Source: Candidatus Saccharibacteria bacterium UBA6258
GTDB taxonomy: Bacteria; Patescibacteriota; Saccharimonadia; Saccharimonadales; Saccharimonadaceae
Direction: 5' to 3'
Length of the DNA: 64,000 bases
Assembly (NCBI GenBank): GCA_002441145.1
Contig: DJVK01000006.1
Location: 41 to 64,040, forward strand
The notes below the pieces were generated by a model that did no database searches, was not told the DNA's origin, and was given only the letters and a program-made list of their open reading frames with translations. Positions 25,505-34,417 of the stretch are shown here, in pieces. The translations under genes and the position numbers were made by a program. Within the stretch, counting starts at the first letter, position 1. Each line of letters begins with the position of its first letter.

Positions 25505-26541
25505 CGCGTGTTTATGTAGGAATGAGCGGTGGCGTTGATTCGTCACTGACGGCAGCGCTGCTGGTTGAACAAGGATATGACGTCACCGGCGTCTATATGA
25601 AGAACTGGACGCAGGATTTGCCAGGTATGCGTTGCCCATGGGCAGATGACTTAGCCGACGCTAAGCGCGTCGCTGTTCAGCTCGGTATAGATTTTAAAGT
25701 GTACGACTTTGAGCGCGAATATAAGCAAAAGGTCGTTGATTATATGATCGACGAATATCGCGCTGGCCGAACACCGAACCCTGATATTATGTGCAACCAA
25801 GAGGTTAAGTTTAAGCTATTCCTCGAGTCTGCGTTAGACGATGGCGCGGACATGATCGCTACCGGCCACTACGCGCGAGTCCGTGACGGCGTGTTGCTCC
25901 AAGCTGTTGATGCAAATAAAGATCAGACATACTTTTTATATCGCGTTACTGGCGAAGCACTGCAAAAGACTTTATTCCCACTTGGCGAGTACACAAAACC
26001 AGAGGTCCGTCGCATGGCCGAGGAGCGTGGACTGTACACTGCGAATAAAAAAGACTCGCAAGGCATCTGCTTTGTGGGTAAGATTGGTATTCGCGAGTTT
26101 TTAGGGCAGTACATTACTCAGGTACCTGGCAATATTATCGATAAAACTACCGGCAAGGTATTGGGTCGGCACGACGGCGCGATATTTTACACGCTCGGGC
26201 AGCGCCACGGCCTTGATTTAGGCGGCGGATTGCCGTTTTACGTTGTTGGAAAAGATATGGATAAGAACGAGGTGTACGTTAGTACGAATCTGAATGATGA
26301 GACGATGTGGCGTAATACCCTGACTCTACACTCGGTGCATTGGATTAATGATGCGCCTGCTGATGGTGATTATCAGATGCGCATTCGTCACCGCGCCCCG
26401 CTCGTGAGCGTTGGAATAGCGAAGAACGACGATGGCTCAGTGACACTTAGCTTGCCTGATGCTCAGCGTGCTGCAACGCCAGGTCAGTCGGTCGTATTGT
26501 ATGACGGCGACGTTTGTCTGGGTGGCGGAATCATCGCGTAA
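25501..26541 (+). CDS. mnmA: tRNA 2-thiouridine(34) synthase
   Basis: PP-loop VGMSGGVDSS; full-length MnmA-like. Confidence 0.95.
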   Translation: MTRVYVGMSGGVDSSLTAALLVEQGYDVTGVYMKNWTQDLPGMRCPWADDLADAKRVAVQLGIDFKVYDFEREYKQKVVDYMIDEYRAGRTPNPDIMCNQEVKFKLFLESALDDGADMIATGHYARVRDGVLLQAVDANKDQTYFLYRVTGEALQKTLFPLGEYTKPEVRRMAEERGLYTANKKDSQGICFVGKIGIREFLGQYITQVPGNIIDKTTGKVLGRHDGAIFYTLGQRHGLDLGGGLPFYVVGKDMDKNEVYVSTNLNDETMWRNTLTLHSVHWINDAPADGDYQMRIRHRAPLVSVGIAKNDDGSVTLSLPDAQRAATPGQSVVLYDGDVCLGGGIIA

Positions 26542-26597
26542 GGGGCGAGTAGCAAGCCGTTGTACCGCAAAGTCACCTCTGTTATACTAAGAGGTAT

Positions 26598-28478
26598 ATG
26601 AACGCACAAGACATCCGCAATCAATACATTCAATTTTACAAAGAACGTGGTCACGAAATAGTTCCACGCGCCCCACTTGTTTTATCAGGTGACCCAACAA
26701 CGCTATTTACTGGTTCAGGCATGCAGCCGATGATTCCATACCTGCTTGGTGAACCTCACCCTAAGGGCGTACGCATTGCGGATAGCCAGACGTGTCTACG
26801 TGCGCAGGATATTGATGACATTGGCGACAATCGTCATACGACGTTTTTTGAAATGCTTGGCAACTGGAGTCTTGGCGATTACTTTAAAAAGCAGCAAATC
26901 GAATGGATGTTCGAATTCCTAACCGAGGTTGTCGGTCTTGATGCGAGTAAGCTTTATGTAACCTGCTTTATTGGCGCGCCGGAATATGGTATTCCAAAAG
27001 ATACCGAAGCGGCTGAGGTATGGAAGGGATTATTCGAATCAAAGAACTTGAGCGCTGGCACGGCTGACTTGGGGTCAGAGGCGTCAGGTGCTGCACGTGG
27101 CATCAAAGATGGTGAGCGAATCTTCTTTTACGACGGTAGCAAAAACTGGTGGAGCCGCAACGGTGCCCCAGAAACTACGCCAGTCGGTGACCCATGTGGC
27201 CCCGACAGCGAAATGTTCTATGACTTTGGTATCGAGCACAATCCATCATTTGGCGAATTCTGCCACCCTAACTGTGATTGTGGTCGTTTTATGGAAATCG
27301 GCAACAACGTCTTTATGGCGTACAAAAAAGTTGACGAAGGTACCTTTGAACCACTTGAAAAGCCAAATATTGATCACGGCTCTGGCCTCGAACGCATAGC
27401 GGCTGCGAAACTTGATGACCCGGATGTCTTTAAAATCAGCGTCATGTGGCCAATTATTGAAAAGTTACAGACACTGAGTGGCAAAAACTATGAATCACAC
27501 ACCGAAAGCATGCGCGTGATTGCCGACCACCTGCGAGCCGCTACCTTTTTGGCGGTTGACGGCTGCGTTCCAAGCAACAAAGAGCAGGGTTATGTCATGC
27601 GCCGACTACTACGTCGCGCGATTCGCTACTCGTTTGATCTTGGTATCGAGCAGAACTTCTTGCAAGAAGTCGTACCCGTGATTGCAGACCTATACGTCAA
27701 CGACTTCCCCGAAGTTGCCCAGAAGCGCGAAGAGGTGATTGCTGTACTCGTTAAAGAAGAAAAAGTATTCCGACAGACGCTTCGTAACGGTTTGAAGCAG
27801 ATGCAAAAGTTTGCTGCGAACGGCTTAACCGGCACAGAATTATTTACCCTGTACGATACCTACGGATTCCCAGTCGAATTATCAGCCGAAGAGGCATATA
27901 AGCAAGAAATCACGCTTTCGCCTGAATGGCGCGAGGAATTTGACGCAAAAATGCAAGAACAGCGTGAGCGTAGCCAGACCGCGGCCAAAGGTACCTTTAA
28001 GGGTGGTCTTGGTGGGCAAACTATGGAGCATCGTAAACTGCATACAGCCAACCACTTGATGTATGCCGCACTTAAAAAAGTTGTCGGCGAACATGTCACT
28101 CAACACGGGAGCAACATTACCGAGGAACGATTACGATTTGACTTTAATAACGACGAAAAGGTAACTCGCGATCAGCTTGATGAAGTTGAACGCTTGGTAA
28201 ACGATTGGATTCGACAAGACTTACCGGTGAGTTATAAAGAATATCCAACTGACGAAGCCTTTAGTATGGGTGCTATTGGCGCGTTTGGCGATCGCTATGG
28301 CGAAACGGTCAAAGTATACCAAATGGGCGAAGGTGACCACCGAGCAAGCTTCGAAATTTGTGGTGGCCCACACGCTGATCATACTGGGCAACTAGCCGAA
28401 GGCGGTAAAGTCTTTAAGATTACCAAAGAAGAAGCTTCAAGTGCGGGTATTCGCCGCGTCAAAGCCATTCTTGCTTAA
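26598..28478 (+). CDS. alaS: alanyl-tRNA synthetase, compact 626-aa form lacking a C-Ala domain
   Basis: N-terminal FYKERGHEIVP...FEMLGNWSLGDYFK. Editing-domain motifs HTANHLMYAAL and CGGPHA. The ORF ends ~35 aa after the latter. Confidence 0.93.
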   Translation: MNAQDIRNQYIQFYKERGHEIVPRAPLVLSGDPTTLFTGSGMQPMIPYLLGEPHPKGVRIADSQTCLRAQDIDDIGDNRHTTFFEMLGNWSLGDYFKKQQIEWMFEFLTEVVGLDASKLYVTCFIGAPEYGIPKDTEAAEVWKGLFESKNLSAGTADLGSEASGAARGIKDGERIFFYDGSKNWWSRNGAPETTPVGDPCGPDSEMFYDFGIEHNPSFGEFCHPNCDCGRFMEIGNNVFMAYKKVDEGTFEPLEKPNIDHGSGLERIAAAKLDDPDVFKISVMWPIIEKLQTLSGKNYESHTESMRVIADHLRAATFLAVDGCVPSNKEQGYVMRRLLRRAIRYSFDLGIEQNFLQEVVPVIADLYVNDFPEVAQKREEVIAVLVKEEKVFRQTLRNGLKQMQKFAANGLTGTELFTLYDTYGFPVELSAEEAYKQEITLSPEWREEFDAKMQEQRERSQTAAKGTFKGGLGGQTMEHRKLHTANHLMYAALKKVVGEHVTQHGSNITEERLRFDFNNDEKVTRDQLDEVERLVNDWIRQDLPVSYKEYPTDEAFSMGAIGAFGDRYGETVKVYQMGEGDHRASFEICGGPHADHTGQLAEGGKVFKITKEEASSAGIRRVKAILA

Positions 28479-29494
28479 AACTCAATTGCTGCAAATTGTT
28501 CAGCGGCCTTGGCGATAGAATGATAAAATTCGTGGGGTTTTTCGCGATAAAATTCGGCAATATTTTCGAAGCGTGATTCACGTCGGTCGGGTGTGTTCTG
28601 ATGGTCTCGTGTGAGGACTGCCATTCCGAGGTTTGCCTGCCACTCACGACGGCCTCGTTTACCGACAGCTTGCTTTAAGTTGAGTGTCAGCTGGGTAGCG
28701 TCGTCTGGATGACCGACATGCGGTAATTGCTGGTGAACATGGACTGAATATGACGATACGCGAGAGATCTTATTGCGAATATGCTCTTCAAGCTCCGCTT
28801 CGATGGCAAGACCGCCAAGTTCTGCGCCGCCCCCTGTTTTGAAGTATTTATCCTCTGATGCGTCGTATAGTTCGCGTACTTGTTCAGAAAATGATGGCAT
28901 CGGCAGGTCGCCTGTTCGGCGTTCGGTGATGCTCGTAAGAAAATCTAGGGCCAGTTTGCCATCGAGCGGAGTGCGCTCGATAATGCCTTGGGTCGTTGCA
29001 TCACGTTCCTGTACCTCAAACTCGCCAGTTTCGGCAAGTCCATTTTCGGGGTCAAGAAGTCCGGAGAGCTCATAGTATACGCCATTTGGCGCTCTCTCAT
29101 CTATACCGGCTACGGCAAACTCGGACATATCACCCTTTGACGTGCTAAAGCTCATGAATGCATAGTTGATACCGTGCTGTGCGAGGGCATTATGAATAAA
29201 TGTACGGTGCTCTGTCGACTTGATTTCTTCGGGAGTGGCGGTCATAAGCGCCGCTTCGCGGTTAAGCCACGATATAGGGACGCCGCCTTCGCGGCTCGCG
29301 TGTGCCTCTTCGTAGGTGTTGTGGAGCAACAAGCCTTGGCGCAAGTGGTCGGGGATGGTCGCTCTGACAAGAGTGTCAATCTCTGGGTCGCGACGATCCA
29401 CTGGAAAGCGTTCAATAAAAAAGCTACCAGCAGGGCTGTCGCCGATCTGTGGTACATGATTGCAAAGATATGCGCGTTTGCTATGCTCACTCAT
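28475..29494 (-). CDS. orphan hypothetical protein (~339 aa), the only minus-strand gene in a long plus-strand run
   Basis: Long ORF with no TM helix or signal peptide and no family recognised. The start is placed at MSEHSKRAYL (ATG 29494), 7 nt downstream of a TATAAT box. The track start is 29533. Confidence 0.65.
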   Translation of the reverse strand: MSEHSKRAYLCNHVPQIGDSPAGSFFIERFPVDRRDPEIDTLVRATIPDHLRQGLLLHNTYEEAHASREGGVPISWLNREAALMTATPEEIKSTEHRTFIHNALAQHGINYAFMSFSTSKGDMSEFAVAGIDERAPNGVYYELSGLLDPENGLAETGEFEVQERDATTQGIIERTPLDGKLALDFLTSITERRTGDLPMPSFSEQVRELYDASEDKYFKTGGGAELGGLAIEAELEEHIRNKISRVSSYSVHVHQQLPHVGHPDDATQLTLNLKQAVGKRGRREWQANLGMAVLTRDHQNTPDRRESRFENIAEFYREKPHEFYHSIAKAAEQFAAIEF

Positions 29495-29571
29495 CATTAA
29501 CATTATAGCATAAAAAGTAAAAAAATGCAACATGAATAGCGTGAGCGAATTGGTGTATAATAAGGGTAATT

Positions 29572-30837
29572 ATGGTATTTGATAAACTCTTGCATAGGTC
29601 TACAAATGATACCGAACCTGACTATATCGTCGGACTCGATATTGGTACTGAGTACGTAAAGGCATTAATTGCCCACGTAAAGGGCGAAACGATCGAAATT
29701 GTTGGGGTAGGGCGTGCCCATCAAGAACTAAGTGATATGCATTCAGGTGCGATATCTGATATCGCCGGCGTTGTGCGTAATTGTGAAGATGCCCTGTCGC
29801 AGGCCGAAGAACAGGCCGGCTTGCAGGGTAAACGAGTCGTCATCGGTATTGCCGGCGAACTGGTTAAGGGTGTTACTAACACGATTCGCTACCGTCGTCC
29901 GCAGCCAGATCGCCCGCTTGATGAAGCCGAAATGGAATTTATCATCGAAAAGGTGCAAGATCGTGCCGCCGCCAAGGCACAAAAACAGATTGCACTCGAG
30001 ACTGGCAATGAGGATGTCGAAGTAAAACTCGTCAACTCGGCTCTTGTTAGCATTCACATTGATGGCTATAAAGTAAGTAATCCAATCGGGTTCCAGGGCA
30101 AAGACGTCGCAGTTCAGATATATACCGCGTTTGCACCGATGGTTCACATTGGGGCACTCGAACGAGTCGCAGACGAACTTGCGCTCGAATTAGTCGCTGT
30201 TGCTGCCGAGCCGTTTGCCGTTAGCCGCAGCCTGCTTGGCACCGATGCTAACAGCTCGCTTACCGCGATTCTCGCCGATGTCGGCGGTGGAACGACCGAT
30301 ATAGCCGTCGTAAACGATGGTGGTGTCGAAGGCACGAAAATGTTTGGTATCGGTGGGCGTAGCTTTACGCATACGATTGCCAATGAGATGTCGATTAGTT
30401 ATGAAAATGCTGAAAAACTTAAGGTGAATATTGATCACGACCAAGTAAAGCCGACAGTCAAAAAAGATGTCGAGAAGGCAATTGATAAAACCCTTGAAGT
30501 ATGGCTAGGTGGCGTCGAACTGGCACTGAGTGAGTTTGACTCTGTTGATCACCTGCCAAACCGAATCTTTTTATGTGGCGGTGGCGCAAGCTTAAAACAG
30601 CTCGTTGCCGCGCTCGAAACACGCGATTGGTACAAAGATCTGCCATTCACTAAACGGCCGACTATCAAGCATATTTCGTCTAAGGATGTGCTCGGAATCG
30701 TGGACACGACAGAGAAGGCAAGCGACCATACCTACATCACGGCCATGGGATTGCTAAGGGTTGGTTATGATACAATGATAGGTACAAGTGACGCTGATAG
30801 CATAAAAGACAAACTAAACCGGATGTTACGAATATAA
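29572..30837 (+). CDS. ftsA: actin-like cell division protein FtsA
   Basis: VGLDIGTEYVKAL, ILADVGGGTTDIAVV, and LCGGGASL. C-terminal amphipathic helix IKDKLNRMLRI. Confidence 0.85.
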   Translation: MVFDKLLHRSTNDTEPDYIVGLDIGTEYVKALIAHVKGETIEIVGVGRAHQELSDMHSGAISDIAGVVRNCEDALSQAEEQAGLQGKRVVIGIAGELVKGVTNTIRYRRPQPDRPLDEAEMEFIIEKVQDRAAAKAQKQIALETGNEDVEVKLVNSALVSIHIDGYKVSNPIGFQGKDVAVQIYTAFAPMVHIGALERVADELALELVAVAAEPFAVSRSLLGTDANSSLTAILADVGGGTTDIAVVNDGGVEGTKMFGIGGRSFTHTIANEMSISYENAEKLKVNIDHDQVKPTVKKDVEKAIDKTLEVWLGGVELALSEFDSVDHLPNRIFLCGGGASLKQLVAALETRDWYKDLPFTKRPTIKHISSKDVLGIVDTTEKASDHTYITAMGLLRVGYDTMIGTSDADSIKDKLNRMLRI

Positions 30838-30839
30838 TC

Positions 30840-32465
30840 ATGCAAAAAGACGTAATATACATCGATGTCGAAGACGATATCACGGCGATTATCGGCAAAG
30901 TAAAAGCTGCCGACCATAAAATCGTTGCGCTCGTTCCGCCTAAGCGGATCGGGGCTATTCAGAGCGCAGTTAATCTTAAACTAGTACAACGCGCAGCGGA
31001 TACGGCGGGCAAGCGCCTCGTTATTATTAGCAACAATGCAGCACTGATCGCACTCGCGGCATCAACAAGCATCCCTGTCGCAAAAAATTTGCAAAGCAAG
31101 CCTGAGCTCGCTGAAATTCCAGCACTTGAAATTGACGAAGGTGAAGATGTGATTGATGGCGCAGAACTGCCCGTAGGTGATCACGCTAAGATGGCCGAAG
31201 ACGCCACGAATGATGCCGCCGCGCCTGCCATGGGTGCTACAGCCGTAGCTTCAGCAGTAAAATCGCGTGCAGATATCGCCGGAATGGCTGCCAAATCACG
31301 TGTTAACGTGCCTAATTTTGATACCTTTCGTAAGAAATTATTCCTAGGCGGTGTTGCCGGTGTTGGACTTATCGCACTTTTGGTCTGGGCGCTCGTCTTT
31401 GCACCGCTTGCAACGATCGTCATTACAGCGCGTACGACCGATGCGGCGCTAAATAGTAAGGTATCCGTTGGTCCGGCACTAACTTCTGATCTAAAAGCAG
31501 GAACAATCAAGGCGGTGACAAAGACTCTTAAAAGCGAGTTATCGATACCATTTACTGCAACCGGTAAGAAGGACGTCGGCGAAAAGGCGACGGGTACGAT
31601 TAAGCTATCTAAATTATCTCCAACCGACACGAGCGTGCCCGCTGGAACTCAATTCCAAAGTACAAGTGGCATGGTGTATACATCAAACGCTGCGGCGGTC
31701 ATTCCAGCCAGCCAGCCATGTTTCCCTAGCTTTTGTGCTCAAAGTACCAGTGTCGGCGTCACGGCCGTAGAGGGCGGAACTAAATATAATGGGGCCACTG
31801 GTTCTGCGAGTAACTCTGCGGGTGTCAGTGCGACCTTTGTTGGTTCGACAAGTGGCGGAACCGACAAGACGATTACCGTGGTGTCACAGGAAGATGTCGA
31901 TAAAGCAGCAGAAGACGTTAACAAGACAGAGGATGGCAATACAGCTAAAAAGGAGCTAACCTCACAGTTTGGCACCGAATACACGATTCTTGATTCGTCA
32001 TTCAAGTCCGATGCATCCGGCGTAGCACCTCAACCTGCCGTTGGCGCAGAATCGACCGACGGAAAGGCTGTGCTGACAGGTGATGTTACCTATTCATTGA
32101 CCGCATTGCCAAAGAGCGAAGTTAATAAATATCTCGACGCCTACTTTAAGCAACAGCTTGACGGCAAACGTGATCAGAAGGTTTATTCTAACGGTCTAGC
32201 AGACGTGTCGTTCACTAATATCTCACCTATTGAGCAGGGGTTCACGGCTACTATTTCGACTAACGGTAAGATTGGTCCGAAAATCGACGAAGTATCACTC
32301 AAGGAATTCGCAAAGGGTAAGAAATACGGTGAAATCCAAACTCATGTTCAACAGACTAATGGCGTGCAAGATGTAGACATTAAGTTCTCGCCATTCTGGG
32401 TAACCAAGGCCCCAAATGATATCAATAAGATCAAGGTAGAGTTCAAAGTAAATGGGGCAAAGTAA
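30840..32465 (+). CDS. bitopic membrane protein: ~95-aa cytoplasmic domain, acidic linker, one TM helix, ~350-aa extracytoplasmic domain
   Basis: Starts 2 nt after the ftsA stop. TM helix LFLGGVAGVGLIALLVWALVFAPLATIVI. No family confidently recognised. Confidence 0.7.
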   Translation: MQKDVIYIDVEDDITAIIGKVKAADHKIVALVPPKRIGAIQSAVNLKLVQRAADTAGKRLVIISNNAALIALAASTSIPVAKNLQSKPELAEIPALEIDEGEDVIDGAELPVGDHAKMAEDATNDAAAPAMGATAVASAVKSRADIAGMAAKSRVNVPNFDTFRKKLFLGGVAGVGLIALLVWALVFAPLATIVITARTTDAALNSKVSVGPALTSDLKAGTIKAVTKTLKSELSIPFTATGKKDVGEKATGTIKLSKLSPTDTSVPAGTQFQSTSGMVYTSNAAAVIPASQPCFPSFCAQSTSVGVTAVEGGTKYNGATGSASNSAGVSATFVGSTSGGTDKTITVVSQEDVDKAAEDVNKTEDGNTAKKELTSQFGTEYTILDSSFKSDASGVAPQPAVGAESTDGKAVLTGDVTYSLTALPKSEVNKYLDAYFKQQLDGKRDQKVYSNGLADVSFTNISPIEQGFTATISTNGKIGPKIDEVSLKEFAKGKKYGEIQTHVQQTNGVQDVDIKFSPFWVTKAPNDINKIKVEFKVNGAK

Positions 32466-32868
32466 TACACTTCTTGCGCTTGACGTAGGTGAGAAGCGCA
32501 TAGGGGTGGCTCTGGCGGATAGTTCGGTGCGTATTGCTATTGCCTACGATACGATCGAAGTCGACGGTACCGAGCTGCAGCAAATCGCCAAACTGATCGC
32601 ACTTGAAAGTGTCGATACCGTCGTGGTGGGATATCCGCGCAATCAGTCGGGGGAGGCCACTAAGCAAACTGACTACGCAGTAGCTTTTGCAGATTCACTA
32701 AAAGAAATTGCACCGCACGTTGAATTCCAGGACGAGTCATTGACTAGTGTTCAAGCAGAAGAGCGCTTGAAAGCTCAGAAAAAACCGTACACCAAGGGCG
32801 ATATAGACGCATTAGCAGCAAGTCTGATATTACAAGATTATTTGGAGTTGAATTATGGACGGGTTTAA
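32452..32868 (+). CDS. ruvX: putative pre-16S rRNA nuclease / Holliday-junction resolvase-like YqgF
   Basis: LLALDVGEKRIGVALAD; 138 aa. Confidence 0.9.
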   Translation: MGQSNTLLALDVGEKRIGVALADSSVRIAIAYDTIEVDGTELQQIAKLIALESVDTVVVGYPRNQSGEATKQTDYAVAFADSLKEIAPHVEFQDESLTSVQAEERLKAQKKPYTKGDIDALAASLILQDYLELNYGRV

Positions 32869-34087
32869 GCGACCGCTCCGGCGACCACAGCCAGAACTAG
32901 AGGCGAGCCGTATGCTACCTCGACCCGTTGTGCCCGGTGCGTTACCAGAGCACGGTACACCGGATGCACCTGTTCAATGGGATCACCAGGCTCCAGACAT
33001 CGACCTTAACCTTCAGGGCGCCGGAACACCCGTTGGTACTCCGAAGCGGGGTAAAACAGGTAAAATCATCGCAATAATCATTGCCACCATCGTTCTTGCT
33101 GTCGCCGGCATGGGAGTTTGGGGGATTGAGCAGCTAAAACCGGTTGATGCCAGCGATACGATCGAGCAAAAAGTGCAAGTCGTAGAAGGCACGGCGTTTA
33201 CTTACGTCAGCTCGCGACTTAAAGAGCGTGGACTGATACGAAATACCTTCGTATTCGATATTTATGCACGTCTTTCGGGGCAGCGAAGTGCCATACAGGC
33301 TGGAACGTGCAAGCTCAGTCCGGCAGATTCGTCGCAAGAGATATTAAAGAAACTGACGGCGGGATGTCAAGATTTTATATCCATCATGTTCTTTCCAGGC
33401 GCCACGTTAGTAGATTCGAAGTATAAGCCAGCAAAGCAAGACGTAACGTCGGTACTATTAAAGGCAGGGTTCTCTGAGGCGGAAATATCCGCAGCCCTGA
33501 GTAAACGTTATACGGGGCCGCTATTCGCAGATAAACCAGCCGACACAGACCTTGAGGGATACGTATTTGGTGAAACATATTACGTGGACACTAATTTTAC
33601 GGTAGAGCAGATTCTTCAGAAGTCGTTTGACGAGATGTATGCGCAAATAACAGCAAATAATTTGATTCCAAAATTCGAAAAACAAGGGCTGACATTATAT
33701 CAAGCGATTACTCTCGCCTCTATAGTTCAGCGCGAAGTTCATTCGCAAGAAGATATGAACCAAGTTGCACAAGTATTCATAGACCGTTACAAGAGTGATA
33801 TGTCGCTCGGTTCAGATGTGACATTCATCTATGGAGCAGATAAACTAGGGGTCGCGCCAACCGTTGACCTTGATTCACCGTATAATACGCGAAATCGTGT
33901 AGGGTTGCCACCTGGGCCAATCTCATCGCCAAGCATAATGGCGCTTAAGGCCATAGCTAATCCTGCCCCTGGCGATTACGTTTACTTTGTCGCTGGTGAT
34001 GATGGTAAAACCTACTTTGCGCGTACAGAGGCCCAGCACCAAGCGAATATCAAAAAATACTGCCAAAAGTTGTGTAGCGAGCTCTAA
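32855..34087 (+). CDS. mltG: endolytic murein transglycosylase (YceG family)
   Basis: N-terminal TM helix. PYNTRNRVGLPPGPISSPS and GDYVYFVA motifs. Confidence 0.9.
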   Translation: MDGFKRPLRRPQPELEASRMLPRPVVPGALPEHGTPDAPVQWDHQAPDIDLNLQGAGTPVGTPKRGKTGKIIAIIIATIVLAVAGMGVWGIEQLKPVDASDTIEQKVQVVEGTAFTYVSSRLKERGLIRNTFVFDIYARLSGQRSAIQAGTCKLSPADSSQEILKKLTAGCQDFISIMFFPGATLVDSKYKPAKQDVTSVLLKAGFSEAEISAALSKRYTGPLFADKPADTDLEGYVFGETYYVDTNFTVEQILQKSFDEMYAQITANNLIPKFEKQGLTLYQAITLASIVQREVHSQEDMNQVAQVFIDRYKSDMSLGSDVTFIYGADKLGVAPTVDLDSPYNTRNRVGLPPGPISSPSIMALKAIANPAPGDYVYFVAGDDGKTYFARTEAQHQANIKKYCQKLCSEL

Positions 34088-34126
34088 ACACACCTCTTGC
34101 TAACAGGGGCGGAGCCCGAAAAAACG

Positions 34127-34156
34127 TTGACAACATAGCCGCTCGGTTGGTACAAT
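34127..34156 (+). promoter_or_regulatory. sigma70-type promoter of the hydrolase leader
   Basis: TTGACA (34127-34132), an 18-nt spacer, then TACAAT (34151-34156). Confidence 0.6.
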
Positions 34157-34159
34157 GCA

Positions 34160-34280
34160 GGAAGCACATTGGCACGAGGGAACTCGAGAGCGAAATCTTT
34201 CGCGGGAACCACGAGCGGGAAATCAAAACGTTTCAATGAGCCTACCTTTAAATGTCGTACGAACGCCGAAATAAGCATCT
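34160..34280 (+). promoter_or_regulatory. structured 5' leader; candidate c-di-AMP (ydaO/yuaA-type) riboswitch
   Basis: Pseudo-repeated ACGAG(C)GGGAA(C/A) motifs (34173-34183, 34211-34224), GCGGGAACCA, and a 3' ACGCCGAAATAAGC. Sits upstream of a LysM/CHAP hydrolase. Matches the consensus from memory only partially. Confidence 0.35.
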
Positions 34281-34417
34281 TTTTATAATATTAATTAATA
34301 AAATCGGTCGACACGCGCGTTCTTTTCTCTAAACCGGAGAAGTAAGACAAAGTGAGGTAGTTATATCGCTAGTAATAGCGCTATAGGAGAAAGATTATTC
34401 GTAATCACCAACTTGCT

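Noticed and set aside
34394-34417. In-frame ATT codons (34394, 34397) at ideal spacing from the AGGAG upstream of the LysM/CHAP gene as alternative start codons.
   Set aside because: ATT initiation is rare and I have no supporting evidence. I kept the ATG at 34418 and only note that its SD spacing (28 nt) is poor.
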